Shown piece by piece: positions 10,269-22,661 of a stretch of DNA of 64,000 nt. Position 1 is the first letter of the stretch. Each line of letters starts with the position of its first letter. The notes beneath the pieces were generated by a model, which was not told where the DNA came from, made no database searches, and saw nothing but the letters and a program-made list of their open reading frames with translations. The stretch comes from an uncultured Chloroflexia bacterium (GTDB lineage: Bacteria > Chloroflexota > Anaerolineae > B4-G1 > SLSP01): the NCBI GenBank assembly GCA_963751345.1, contig CAVVUS010000019.1, forward strand, positions 64,001 to 128,000, given 5' to 3'. A program made the translations under genes and the position numbers.

Positions 10269-11627
10269 TTGGACCACGTCGACCTTGCGGTCATCGGCAG
10301 TGGACAGGGCGGGGTGCCGCTGGCGATTGAGTACGCCGACCGCGGCTACGATGTGGTGCTCTTCGAGCGCGGCGCGTTTGGCGGTAGCTGTATGAACTAC
10401 GGCTGCACACCCTCGAAGATGCTGCTGGCGTCGGCGCACGCCGCGGCTGCGGCGCGCAATGCGGACGATCTCGGCGTGCATGCCGAGGTCACCGTCGACT
10501 TCGACGCCGTGATGGCACGCATCCGCGAGACGACGTCCGCGTGGAGCGAGCGGACGCGGCGGCATCTGGATGATGCCGGCGTCCGGGTGGTGGCTTCGGA
10601 GGCGCACTTCGTTGGCCCGCGACAGGTCGCGGGTGGCGGGGTGACTGTCGAGGCGGATGCCGTGGTCATCGACACCGGATTGTCTCCCCGTGTCCCGGAG
10701 GTCGCCGGCTCCCCCGGGCTTCGCGCCTCACCCTATCTCACCTATCGCAGCATCTGGGACCTCGCACGCCTGCCCTCTGTCACACTCGTGATGGGAGCCG
10801 GATTCGTGGGTATCGAGCTGGGCCAGGCGCTGGCCCGACTGGGCAGTGAGGTGCACTTCGTCGAACGCCGTGACCGTCCCGTGCCCGAAATGGAGCCGGA
10901 CGTGGGCAAGACGCTGCAGTCGGCACTCGAGGCGGATGGGGCAGCCTTTCACCTGGACTCGGTGGCGTCGTGGGTGGACCACGATGGTGCGATGTTCACG
11001 GTTGGCCTTGATGACGGTGAGGTGTTGACGGGCGACGCGCTGCTGGTTGCCACCGGGCAGCAACCCAACACGGCTGCGCTGAACGCCATGGCGTCCGGCG
11101 TTGAGCTCGATCCGCAGGGCTACGTCCTGGTCGGCCCCCACTTCGGAACCACGTGCCTGGGCGTCTACGCCATCGGGGATGTCACCGGTCAACCCGCGTT
11201 CACCCACGTCTCTGTGGAGGACTACCGGCGGCTCCGGGAGATTCTCGACGGCGGCGTGCGGTCCCGGATGGACCGTGTGCTCGGCTATTCGCTGTTCACC
11301 GAACCCCAGGCGGCGCACGCTGGGCTCACGTTGGCGCAGGCCAGGAAGGAGGGACGCAACGCACGCGAGGAGACGATACAGCTCTCCGAGGTCGTCCGTG
11401 CCACCGAGATAGGTCGCACCCGCGGCTTCTACCGGATGGTCGTCGACAAGAACACGGACCGCATCCTCGGTGCGACCCTGGTCTCGCCTGCGGCTGCGGA
11501 GTTGATTCACATCATCATCGCGCACATCGAGGCGGGCTCGACCTGGCATCTGTTGGATCAGTCGGTCCACATCCATCCCACGTTAGCCGAAGGTCTCCCC
11601 GCGTTGGCGCGGCGCTTTGCAGAGTAG
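10269..11627 (+). CDS. Pyridine nucleotide-disulfide oxidoreductase (dihydrolipoamide dehydrogenase/MerA-like, class I)
   Basis: GSGQGG FAD motif, redox motif GGSCMNYGCTPSK, GAGFVG NAD motif, C-terminal HPTLAE. No C-terminal Cys-Cys pair. Confidence 0.88.
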   Translation: MDHVDLAVIGSGQGGVPLAIEYADRGYDVVLFERGAFGGSCMNYGCTPSKMLLASAHAAAAARNADDLGVHAEVTVDFDAVMARIRETTSAWSERTRRHLDDAGVRVVASEAHFVGPRQVAGGGVTVEADAVVIDTGLSPRVPEVAGSPGLRASPYLTYRSIWDLARLPSVTLVMGAGFVGIELGQALARLGSEVHFVERRDRPVPEMEPDVGKTLQSALEADGAAFHLDSVASWVDHDGAMFTVGLDDGEVLTGDALLVATGQQPNTAALNAMASGVELDPQGYVLVGPHFGTTCLGVYAIGDVTGQPAFTHVSVEDYRRLREILDGGVRSRMDRVLGYSLFTEPQAAHAGLTLAQARKEGRNAREETIQLSEVVRATEIGRTRGFYRMVVDKNTDRILGATLVSPAAAELIHIIIAHIEAGSTWHLLDQSVHIHPTLAEGLPALARRFAE

Positions 11628-11655
11628 TAGGTGGTTCATTATGAGCATCACTGTT

Positions 11656-14363
11656 CTATCCCCGGTCCTGAAGGGCGCGCGCAAAGACGCCGGCGATCTC
11701 GTCGAGCTGCGGGGGTTTCTGAAGCCAGCCTGCAAGTCCCCGCGCCTGTAGCGTCTGCCACTCCTGCTGCATCGGGTGGCCGCTCATCAGCACGATCGGC
11801 ACCGTGACGCCCTTCTCACTCAGCACTTCAAAGAGGGCTTGCCCACCCATGCCGGGCATCACCATATCGCTGAGGATGAGGGCTATGCCTTCGCCCTTAT
11901 GGTCCGGATCGGGCTGCTCGCTCCCTGCTTGTTGCTCGAGGATGGCGAGGGCCGCGAGGCCGTCGGTCGCCTCCAGGGCGCGATAGTTCAGCACCTCAAG
12001 CGTGCTCACCAGCGCCTGGCGCAGGGCGGCGTTGTCCTCTACGACGAGAACGAGCTCGCCGTGGCCGTGCTGCAGATGCTGCTGCGGTGCGTGGGGAGCG
12101 AGGGTGCCCAGTGGACGAGCGCGGGGAGGTAGACTGTGAAGGTTGTCCCACACCCGGGCTTGGAGTCCAGCGCGATCGTGCCGTTGTGTTGTTTGACGAT
12201 CCCATAGACCTGCGCCAGTCCTAACCCGCTGCCCTTACCGGGCTCCTTGGTCGTATAGAAGGGTTCGAAGATGTGCGGCTGTGCCTCGGGCGCAATGCCC
12301 GTCCCTGTATCGGCGAAGGTCAAGCAGATCCATTCGCCCGGCGCCATGTCGCGCAGCGGCGGGTCCGTGCCCGGCGCCACATTCAGGGCGTTGACGCCGA
12401 TGGTGAACGTTCCGCCGTGCGGCATCGCGTCGCGCGCGTTGACGGCCAAGTTGGTGACCATTTGCTGCATCCGCGTTGGATCGGCATGCACCATAGCCTC
12501 GGAGCAGCTGAGATGGAGCGCGATCCTGATGTCCTCCGGCAGCGTTCGTTCGAGGAGCTTGGTTTGCTCCTCCAGGAACGGCACGAGGTCCATCGGGCGA
12601 GGCTCAAGCATAGCGCGCCGGCCAAAGTCCAGGATCTGTTGCACCAGGTCCGCTGCGTGGTCCGCCTCCTGCGCGATCACGCGAATATCGGACCTGAGCC
12701 GCTGCGGCAGATCCTGCCCCTGGAGGGCCATCTGTGCGTAGAGTACGATGACCGCCAGAATGTTGTTGAAGTCGTGGGCGATGCCCGCGGCCAGCTGACC
12801 GACCGCCGCCAGACGTTCCTGTTGGCGTAGTTCAGCCCGCACCTGCCGTTCCTCGGTCACATCGTTGATCACCAGTACGTACGCCTCGGTATGGAGGCCA
12901 TCTTCGACGGGCCGGGCGATCACCTCGTAGTGGCGCGACTCGGCGTCCACCTCGTGCCACAGCCCTGTGGGGGGCGGCGTGAGTATTTGGCCTATCGGTC
13001 GGCCGCCGAGGTGGGCGAGCCGCCCGCCGACCTGTGTCTGGGCCAAAGAGGCGAGATTTTCCTCCGCGACGGGATTGGCGAGGAGGATCCGGCCATCGGC
13101 ACCGAGGAGCACGACGCCCTCGGGTACGGTGTCTAGGATCGCTTGAACGCGGCGCACCTGCTCGCGGATCTCCGTCAGGAGCTGTTCGCGCTCGGTGACG
13201 TCCTGGTTAAGCACGATGGCCCCATACAGGCGACCTGTATCGTCCATCACCGGGGCCGCATAGTTGAGGATGGCCTTCTTCCTGCCGTCGAAGGTGTCGA
13301 TCTCCAGGAGTTCATCTGTGACCGTAATTCCCTCGCTGATCACGTGGGCGAGCGCCCCGTCGTCGGGTGCGATCGGCTCTCGCGACGGCAGGCGGCGCGC
13401 ACTGAAGACGCCATAGTCTGCCGGTGCGACCGCCGGCCCCGCACCCCAGATCTTCGCGCCTGCTGCGTTCCCACGAAGCAACTTGCCGTTCTCATCTGCG
13501 ATCCACAGCCCGATCGGCAGGATGTCGAAGATCTTCTGTAGAAGGCTCTCGCGAGACCGTAAGTCATCTTCAGCACGCCGGCGCAGGGTAACATCCGATG
13601 CAAATCCGAGGTAACGGGTTGGCGAGAGTCTGACCGCGTTGATCGCCCACGTACCGATGCGGCCGTCCTTGTGAAGGAACGGCAACTCCCCGCTATACCG
13701 GCCGGCCTCAACAACCGTCGAAAACGCCTCTATGACCATCGCCAAGGACTCCGGCGGCGTCATGTCTGAAATACAGCGCGACAGCAGCTCCTCGTGTCTG
13801 TAGCCGGTGATCTCGCCGGCGGCGGGATTGATCTCGAGGTAGCAGCCGCGTTCATCCGCGATGAAGACGCCGTAAGGGGCGTTGTCGATATAGCTGCGAT
13901 AGCGCGCCTCGCTTTCCCGCAGCGCCAGCTCCGCCTGCTTGCGGTCGGTGATCTCCGTGAGCAGGTTGAGCGTAGCAACTCTGCCTTCGTAGTTGACTAC
14001 GCTGACGGCTAATGCCACCCAAATCGGATCGCCGCTCTTCGGGATAATCCTGATATCGCAGCGGGATGGGAGTTCGGCGCCTTGCTGTTTCTGCACATCC
14101 GGCTCCATCACGAGTGCGCGATCGTCAGGATGGACGAACTCGATGAAGGGTCTGTCCATCAGTTCCTCGCGTGCGTGACCGATGAGCCTTTCTGTACTGC
14201 GATTGACCAGCCTGAATCGCCCGTCCTGAGCCACGAAGAGCGCCGCGGGTGCGCTCTCCACAAGGTCACGGTAGCTGACACCCGGCTCTCCCAATGCGGC
14301 ATCGGGCGTTCTCGGTTCGAGGCGGTCGTGGTTGGTGTTATGGCCTGCAGTGTTGTCTGTCAT
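11656..14363 (-). CDS. Hybrid multi-PAS sensor histidine kinase with C-terminal receiver (frameshift near 12100)
   Basis: Several PAS domains, H-box GIAHDFNNIL, NLAVNARDAM, DTGTGI, GSGLGL. Receiver LVVEDN...LSDMVMPGM...QKP lies in ORF 11656..12153. Confidence 0.9.
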
Positions 14364-14901
14364 ACGTGCCATCCTCCACTGTTCGAGCTGACGCGCTCCG
14401 GTGGAAGCAAACCTTGGTGTCATGGGGCCCGGCTGTCTGAGCGAGGGGTTGGGCGCACCATCGGAATCGAGCCTCCATTCATTATAGCTTGGTTTCACCG
14501 ACGAGCATCACGCTGGGGCTAGCTTGACACAGTGATCGTGCTTCTGTGTCACCGAGACCTAATGGTTCGCCCCGTGGATCGACCGGTAGACCTGCGTTGT
14601 CAGCCAATTGCTGCACTCGGGCGCTACCCGCAATGCAAAGGGCGCCCTCTGATAGGCGTGTCAAACCACATTTCCATCGCTATTCCAACTCTACGATCTC
14701 TTTCCGTAGGGGATGCCAACACGATCCGGCGCGTGCCGGGATCTTTCTGGGGGATAATGATTGATGATCACGAGCTGGGGTCGAATTGTGTTTCGGATCC
14801 AGTGGGTCGGATCACCCACATTATGCGGTGGAACGTAATGTCGCCGCTGCAAGAGGCGGTCCCAAGGTATCTCACTCTATCCTGGGGGGTAATTTGTACT
14901 A

Positions 14902-14930
14902 TTGCATTCTTTTCAATATTGTTTTATAAT
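14902..14930 (+). promoter_or_regulatory. Sigma70-like promoter TTGCAT-N17-TATAAT for the EPS operon
   Basis: Near-consensus -35/-10 in an AT-rich island ~85 bp upstream of ATG 15014. Confidence 0.65.
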
Positions 14931-15013
14931 GTATATGATTGAGTGGGAATTAACGTGACGCAACATGCATTGCTCAAACTTTAGGTGGCAAGTGAAAAGG
15001 CGGAGGGTGTGCG

Positions 15014-17534
15014 ATGAACCGTAGGTATCGAGTGGGCCTTCGTATCGTGTATGTCGTGGTTCTTCTGTTGTCGGTGTCGGTCGGACAGGTACGGGCCGAT
15101 CCGATCGATACGCCAATCGGGCCGCCGTTGCCGCAGCAGCCCGATCTGCCGTTCCACCTGCAGTCCGGTCCCCTTACACGGGTACCATAGCGCCTCTGGC
15201 CGTCACGTCGGCGCCGCCGCTGAAGGTGATCACGGACCCGACGCTGGATATGAGAGTGCTCGTCATCATGGATAGCGAGATCCAGGTCATCGACTATACG
15301 TCCGACGGCGTTAACCAGATGATCACTGGGCTATCTGGACATCCTGGGTATCCCCTATGACGTCCATCGATATCAACGGTCGGGACCGGGCGTTCCACTG
15401 TTCACCGATGCGGAACTGTGGGACGGGGTGAACCACGGCAACTACTACGCGATCTTTGTCGGCACCTACGCTGTCTGGTTGTATGGACCGGACAAGCTCA
15501 CCGCTGACGAGCGTGCTCCTGATCCAGGCCTACGAGCGCAATTTCGACGTGCGACAGGTGACGTGGTACGCGTACCACTGAGGCCACCCAATGGGGACTT
15601 GATCCTGGGCCAGACGGCGGTCAGCCGTGACGACGACGCTGACAGACGCAACGGCGAGACGGTCTTCAGCTACCTCAAGTCCGACATCGAGCTACCGATC
15701 ACCGATGCCTACACCTATCTCGGGACACGTGCTGCTGGGGCCGTCGTCACACCACTGCTCGAGTTCCGCGATCCGGCCACATCTACACGGACAGTCGATA
15801 GCTATCCGATCGTGAGCATCTTCGAGCCCACCGATTCCGGCGACCAGATGGTGGTGACGGCGGCTGCGTACTATCCCGCGACGCCGCCAGTGAGCATCCA
15901 GGCCGGCTGTTGCCCTACGGCATCATCAACTGGGCGACCAAGGGGGTTTTCCTCGGCCAGCGCCACCTCTACTTCACGCCGCAGCCCGACGATATGCTCT
16001 CGTATCGGCGACCGGTGGGATGCGACCACACACACTACGGTCTTTGATCAGGGCTTCCGGCTGAAACCGAGCGATGTGGACAATCTGATCTCGTGGATGA
16101 CTGCGTTCCGCGCCACGGCCAACGCAGCAGAACTTCAAGATCGAGATGCCATTCAACGGCGAGGGTGTGGAGTACGATACCGAGATGGCACGATGAACGG
16201 TACCATCCTGCCCAACACCCTGACGGCCAAGGTCATCAAGCAGACGTAAAGGACATTCGTCTGGCTCAATCACACGTGGAGCCATCCGGATCTCTACACG
16301 TCCACGTACCAGTTCGCATACGATGACATCTACAGCAACACCCTCACGGCCCAGCTTCTCGGCTTCACGGATTACACGACCACCACGCTGCTGACGGGGG
16401 CCTACAGCGGGCTGACAAACACCAGGTGATCAGCGCCGCCTACGACCTGGGCGTCCGCTACATGGAGTCGAACGCATCGCAGCCGGGCTTCAACAATCCC
16501 AGCCCCAACACCGGGATCTACACCGGCACCGGCGGGGCGATGCTCCTGGTGCCGCGCCTGGCCAACAAATCTTCTACTTCGCGGGCACGCCGGACGAGGA
16601 GGTGGACTACTACAACCTCGTGTACGATGCAATCAACGGTGCTGTACTATTGCGAGCCTATTACGACCACTCCGATTCCGGGGCACCTTTGCTACAACTA
16701 CAACGAGATCCTGGATAGGGTCACAAACCAGGCGCTGGGCTTCCTGCTCGACTTCAACGTCGACGCGACGATGTTCCATATGAACAACCTGAACCAGTAC
16801 TCGGGTGGCACCAACACCTTGATGGGCGACTACGTGACCGCGCTCTACAGCAAGTACAACACCTACTACAACACAACGTGCCGATCCTGAGCCCGCGCAC
16901 GCAGGAGATCGGCGACCTGATGCAGCAGCGGATGGACTACAACGCTTCCGGCGTATCGGGCATCATCGCCTGCGCCAACCAGATCACGGTGACCATCCCG
17001 ACGACCGCGACCACCGGCGCCCGGGTACCGGTCACCGGCGTGGACTTCGGCGGCGACACCGAGAACTACGCCGGGCAGGACATCTCCTACGTGCAGATGG
17101 GCATCGGCGAGACGGTGGTGATCCCCGGCACGGGGTCGGCTTCGACGCCGGCGCCGTCACCAATCTGCAGGTCACACCGGGGACGCCCACGACGCTGACC
17201 TGGGACTGCTGACCCGAATGCCTATGGCTACCGCGTCTACGGCAGCACGACGTCCGGTCACACCTGGCCTACAACCGAGCTGGGCGTGGTCACGACAGCG
17301 ACGTACTCCGATGACTCCGGCAGCACCTACTACGCCGTGACCGCGATCGCCAATGACTGCTGGAAACACGAGTCGGCGGCGTCCTTCGTGAATATACCCC
17401 CCACGGCACTGACGCTGGTCGGGATAGGCGCCACATCGGGCTCGCTCGTGCTCGTGGGCCTAGTCCCGCTGGCTGCGGTCGCCCTGGTGGTCCTGAGTCT
17501 CGTGTGGAGCAAGCGCAGGCATCAGGTAAGGTGA
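15014..17534 (+). CDS. Secreted/anchored Agd3-like (CE18) polysaccharide deacetylase, heavily frameshifted
   Basis: Signal peptide MNRRYRVGLRIVYVVVLLLSVSVGQVRA after GGAGGG. Across frames: GIINWATKGVFLGQRHLYFTPQPDD (~15920-15993), WLNHTWSH (16262-16285), MFHMNNL (16771). C-terminal PTALTL + TM + KRR. Confidence 0.7.
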
Positions 17535-17540
17535 CCCATC

Positions 17541-19170
17541 ATGAGTGATCGCGCAAACGAAGTAGACGTTCGGGAACCCGATGGTGACGGCGGAAGCAGC
17601 ATCTTCCGCCATCACCCCCTGCGCGTCTGCCTCGTGGCCGAGGGAAGCTATCCTCACTACCGCGGCGGGGTCAGCACGTGGTGCGACATGCTGGTGCGCG
17701 GCATCACCGAGGTGCAGTTCTCGCTGGTAAGCATCATCGCCGACCCGAGTGTCGAGCCCGTCTACGAACTCCCCGGCAACGTGCGGGAGCTGCGGCCGGT
17801 GGCGCTCTGGGGAACCGGCGAGGTGCTTGAGCTGCATCGCGACCTGGGGTTGCTGGACGTGATTCGCAGGAAGCGCAGCGCACCCGCTCGCGTGATCGAG
17901 GGCGAGTTCCTGCCGTCCTTCGCCGAGTTCGTGGATCTGCTCTGGCAGGAGGAGGCGGCCCCGGACCGCGTCGCCCACACACTGCAGTCGATGGCGGCCT
18001 ACTTCGTCGGGCACGACTACGACATCACCATGCGGTCCCGCCTGGTGTGGGAGACCTTCCTGGAGCGCAGCGTGCCTGCGTATCAGGCCAGCCACGGGAG
18101 CGCGGCCCCGGTGGCGATGAGCGACGCTACAGACGTCATGCGATTGCTCTACCGGTGGCTCACCATGCTCTCGATCCCGGTCCCGGACGTGGACGTGATC
18201 CACGCGGCGTCGGCAGGGCTTGCCAGCATGATGGGCATCGTGGCTGCGGCGCGACCGGGCATCGCTTTCCTGCTGACCGAGCACGGCATCTACCTGCGCG
18301 AGCGGCTGCTGGCGCTCACCCGCAGCGAGAGCAGCGTCTTCGAGCAGGCCTTTCAGGCTGCTTTTGCCCAGCGGATCACCGAGGCGAGTTACTGGTCGGC
18401 CGACCAGATCGCGCCCGGCAGCAACTACAACCATCGCTGGGAGACCTACGTCGGCGCAGAGCCCTCGTTGATTCAGACCATCTACAACGGACCGGATCCC
18501 GCGGAGTTCACGCCGACGGTTCTGAATCGCCCACCGGGCGAGGCGCCGATCGTGATCTGGTTGGGCCGCATCGATCCGCTGAAGGATCTGGAGACGCTGA
18601 TCCGGGCGGCCGCCATCGTTGTCGACCAAATGCCCGATGTGCAGTTCGTGCTCTACGGCAAGGCTCCGAGGGGCAATGAATGGTACTACGACCGGTGCGT
18701 GGCTCTGAGGGATAGCCTGGGCATTGCGGACAACGTGACCTTCGCCGGCTTTGCCGCGAGTGCCGCGGCTGCCTACAACGAGGGGGATTTTGTGCTCCTC
18801 TCGAGCATCTCGGAGGGTTTCCCCTATAGCGTCGTCGAGGCAATGATGTGCGCGCGAACGGTCGTAGGCACCGATGTGGGGGGGGTGAGCGAGGCACTTG
18901 AGGATGTTGGGCTGGTGGTGGAGCCCCGGAACCCGGAGCAGATGGCCCAGGCCTGTCTCAAGCTGCTGCGAGACCCGGACCTGGCCCGAGAGATGGGGCG
19001 GCGGGCGCGGGAGAAGGCGCTGTCGCAGTTCAGCCTCCAGCAGTGCAATGCTGCTTATCTGTCAACCTATCAATCCCTGGCACGCCGGGCCCGGCTCGGG
19101 ACAGGGCGACCGCCGGATCGCGGAATCGGCAGCCGTGGCAACTCCGGTACCGCAGGTGGTGCGGCGATGA
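17541..19170 (+). CDS. pelF: GT4 glycosyltransferase, PelF-like (DUF3492 + GT-B)
   Basis: VCLVAEGSYPHYRGGVSTWCDMLV, LTEHGIYLRER, GRIDPLKD, SISEGFPYSVVEAM. The true stop is probably TGA 19168-19170 (ATGA overlap); the ORF track fuses it to the next gene through an indel. Confidence 0.82.
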
Positions 19171-20801
19171 GCCAGCCAAGCGGTCCCGTGAGCGCTCTGC
19201 CGTCGTCGCTGGAGGCCTACGAGTCGGTCCAGCTCCTTGCCGATGACATTCGCGACACCTGCCCCGCGCCTGTCAACACGCTGCAAATCGCGGCGCTCCT
19301 GGAGTCGGCCGGTGTGACCGACGCCATTGCCGCGCACCGCTACGGGTATCGCGATGTCTTTGGCGTGGCGGACACTGTCGCGGATCTGCTGGATGGGCGC
19401 GGCGTTTGACTGCGAGCCGCAGAAGGAGCCCGTTGCAGAGCCATCGACGGATTGGCGGTCGGCCACGATGAACTATCTGCGCGGCCCCCTGGGGGTCGTG
19501 CCGCTGGTCCTGCTGATGTCGATTGTCGGGGCGTTGCAGAGCTTCGGCCAGTGGCAAGGACCGCGGGTGCTCACGTTGAGCGCTGCAACGATTGGCAGCC
19601 TGCTCATCACAGGTGGGTTCGTGCAGATCGCTTCGCGCAAAGGCTCCAGCTATCTTAGCCAGGGGTACGCCAGGGCCGCCGGGCGGTTCGTGGTCAGGAT
19701 GCTCGCCGTGGCCGTGGCCGTCGTCGTCGTGACTGCCTTCCCGCTCGCCTGGATGGGTCGGGCGACCGGGTGGCTGGCGGCGACTGATGCGCCACTGATG
19801 ATGATCGCCTACGTTGCGCTCTCCTGTCTGTGGTTGCTGTCGGCGGTGCTCTCGATCTTCAAGCGCGTACACTGGTTTGGCATCGCCCTCGCATTGGGCG
19901 TGGGCCTCAGCCGTCTGTCGCTGATCGGGCTCGCGCGGTCGACGCTGCTGCCTCAGGTGACGGTTGGGGTGGCTGTGGGGGTGGGACTCCTGGTGACGAT
20001 CGGGGTGGGGGCTTGGGCTGCCCTGCGGGCGGTGTCTGCGGAATCCTCCGCGTCGGAGAGTGGCGACCACGTCGTCCGGACGCCGCCGCTGCCCCAACTT
20101 GTGGTCAATCTGACGCCCTATTTCATCTATGGCATCATCTATATTCTGGCCGTGCTCTCGGGGCACGTGGGGGGATGGCTCGGGCGGCTCCCCGCGGGAC
20201 TTGACCGTATGGACGCGATTGCGAGAAGCGAGCTGGGCCTCACGGTCGCACTTGTGGCGTACATCCTGGTCGGCGGCGTGGCAGAGGAGACAATGCAGCG
20301 CTTCTGGCAGTGGGTTCACGTCTATCAGGCGGAAACGATGGCGGCACAGCCCGGTGGCTTCTCGGCGAAGCTGCGTGACTTCCAGCGTACCGAGCTCAGG
20401 TGGTTTGTTGTCGCGTTTCTGGCGTCCGCGGGCCTGGTGCTCGTGCTCGTGGCCGTGAGTCGTGGTGCTTTCCCCAGACGGCATGCTGCTTGGGTTGCCC
20501 TGGGGACCGGACCTGGGCCATCGTGCTCGGCTTCGGCCTGGTCGGCTGTGGCCTGCTGGGTATCAGTGCGTTCGACTGCATGATGCTGATCACGCTCTCC
20601 CGCCCGTGGCCCGCGGTGCTGGCCCTTACTGCCGGCACGGTGACCACGCTCATTGCGAGTCTTGGCTGGGGGCATTGGGTGGGCTTCGCGTATGGTGCGG
20701 CCGGGATGGTTTTCGGGAATCTGGTTGCTTTTCTGGTGGCACACCGCGCCTTGCAGCGCGTGTTGCGTCACGCTGATTACTACTACTTCACGTCGTTTTA
20801 G
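19167..20801 (+). CDS. Polytopic membrane protein, PelG-like exporter candidate (2 frameshifts)
   Basis: N-terminal LQIAALLESAGVTDAIAAHRYGYRDVF, roughly 12 hydrophobic segments, C-terminal HADYYYFTSF reminiscent of PelG termini. Coupled to pelF by ATGA. Confidence 0.6.
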
Positions 20802-20853
20802 AGCGCGGGATGCCTCCCGCGACATCTACCACACCAAGCAGCACAAGGAGGCA

Positions 20854-21846
20854 ATGATGGATTGGACAGGGAAACGAGTTCTCGTGACGGGCGCGAGTGG
20901 GTTCATCGGTAGTCATCTGGTTGAGGCCCTCGTAGGTGAGGGCGCCACGGTGCGCGCGCTCGCCCACTACAACTCACGAAACGATGCCGGGCTGTTGCGC
21001 CGGCTGCCGCCCGACGTGCAGCGCGAGGTCGACGTCTTCTACGGGGATCTCAAGGATCCCTGGTCGGTGCATCAGGCGATGGAGGGGACGGAGACCGTCT
21101 TCCACCTCGGCGCACTCATCGGGATCCCGTACTCATACGTGAATCCCTACGACGTCGTGCAGACGAATGTCCTGGGCACCTACCACGTGCTGGCGGCTGC
21201 CCGGGATCTTGGCGTGGGCCGCGTGGTCCACACGTCGACGAGCGAGGTGTACGGGTCGGCGCAGTATGTGCCGATCGACGAGAACCATCCGCTGCAGGGC
21301 CAGTCGCCCTACAGCGCGAGCAAGATCGGCGCGGACAAGCTTGCGGAGAGCTTCTATCTCTCTTTCGAGCTTCCCGTCAGCACGGTCCGGCCCTTCAATA
21401 CCTATGGGCCGCGCCAGTCTGCGCGGGCTGTGATCCCCACGATCATCACCCAGGCGCTGACCCAGGATTTCGTCAAGCTGGGCGCGCTCTATCCGCGGCG
21501 CGATTTTACCTATGCGACGGATACGGCGGCGGGCTTCATCGCGGCTGCCGAGAGCGATGCTACCGTCGGGCAGGTGGTCAACCTCGGCACCGGTGATGAC
21601 ATCACCATTGGGGAGCTGGTCGACCTGGTCGTTGAACTCATCGGTCGCGATATCGAGGTGCGAAGTGACCAGGGGCGGATTCGACCGGAGGGAAGTGAGG
21701 TGGTACGTCTGCTGTCCAACAATCAGAAGGCGAAGGCGATCATGGGATGGGAACCGCGGGTCGGATTTCGTGAGGGCTTGGAGAGGACAATTTCGTGGAT
21801 TGGCGAGAACCTGGACCTCTATCAAACGGAGCGGTACACGATATAG
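20854..21846 (+). CDS. NAD-dependent nucleotide-sugar 4,6-dehydratase/epimerase (extended SDR)
   Basis: VTGASGFIGSHL, TSTSEVYG, YSASK, RPFNTYGPRQ. Confidence 0.88.
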   Translation: MMDWTGKRVLVTGASGFIGSHLVEALVGEGATVRALAHYNSRNDAGLLRRLPPDVQREVDVFYGDLKDPWSVHQAMEGTETVFHLGALIGIPYSYVNPYDVVQTNVLGTYHVLAAARDLGVGRVVHTSTSEVYGSAQYVPIDENHPLQGQSPYSASKIGADKLAESFYLSFELPVSTVRPFNTYGPRQSARAVIPTIITQALTQDFVKLGALYPRRDFTYATDTAAGFIAAAESDATVGQVVNLGTGDDITIGELVDLVVELIGRDIEVRSDQGRIRPEGSEVVRLLSNNQKAKAIMGWEPRVGFREGLERTISWIGENLDLYQTERYTI

Positions 21847-21895
21847 CGCTGGATCTTTTTGGAATGATGCTTGTGCCGAATTTGGGGGGTGTGAA

Positions 21896-22658
21896 ATGAA
21901 AGCAGTGATTATGGCAGGCGGGAAAGGGACGCGGCTGGCGCCTTTTACGAAGGTACTTCCGAAACCACTTGATACCGCTGGGGGACTATCCCATCCTGGA
22001 GATCATCATCAGCCAGCTCAGAGAGGCCGGATTTGATGAGATCATCCTGACCGTCAATTACCTGGCCCATCTCTTTGAGGCCTACTTCGGCAATGGTGAG
22101 CGGCTGGGGGTCAACATCCGGTATTCGCTGGAGGAGCGGCCTCTGGGAACGGCAGGGCCCCTGGCACTGATCGACGGCCTCGATGAGGAGCCGTTCCTTG
22201 TGATGAATGCGGATTTGCTGACCGACATTGACTTCCGGCATCTCTACTCGACGCACCTCGCACAGGACGCCGCGGTCACGATGGCGCTCTATGCCAAGGA
22301 GTACAAGATTGACTTCGGCGTGATCGAGACGGATGACACCGGGCGGGTGTTGGCGTGCCGGGAGAAGCCGGTACTCAATTACCTGATCAATATGGGGGTC
22401 TACGTCGTCTCACCCTACGTCCTTGACGAGATCCCCTACAACAGCTTCTTCGACATGACGGACGTCATCGCACGGGTCAGTCCCAGCCCGAGGGGTGTCT
22501 ATGGCTACCGGTTTGAGGGCACGTGGATGGATCTGGGCAAGGTCGATGACTTCGACCGGGTCGCGTCGAAGTTCCAGCACCTGATCTCGGTCGCGGAGAC
22601 GCGGATCCCGCTCGAATCGTACATCCATCTCCTGTCGGCAGCGCCGGCGGAGGCATAG
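21896..22658 (+). CDS. Sugar-phosphate nucleotidyltransferase (frameshift ~21970)
   Basis: MKAVIMAGGKGTRLAPFTKVLPKPL, then PLGTAGPL, VMNADLLTD and WMDLG. Confidence 0.88.
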
Positions 22659-22661
22659 GCT

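Noticed and set aside
10269-11627. Mercuric reductase MerA / mercury resistance
   Set aside because: No C-terminal Cys-Cys pair, no NmerA domain and no mer operon genes.
17541-19409. PelF fused to an extra C-terminal domain (622-aa ORF)
   Set aside because: An ATGA stop/start overlap at 19167-19170 shows two genes joined by an indel.
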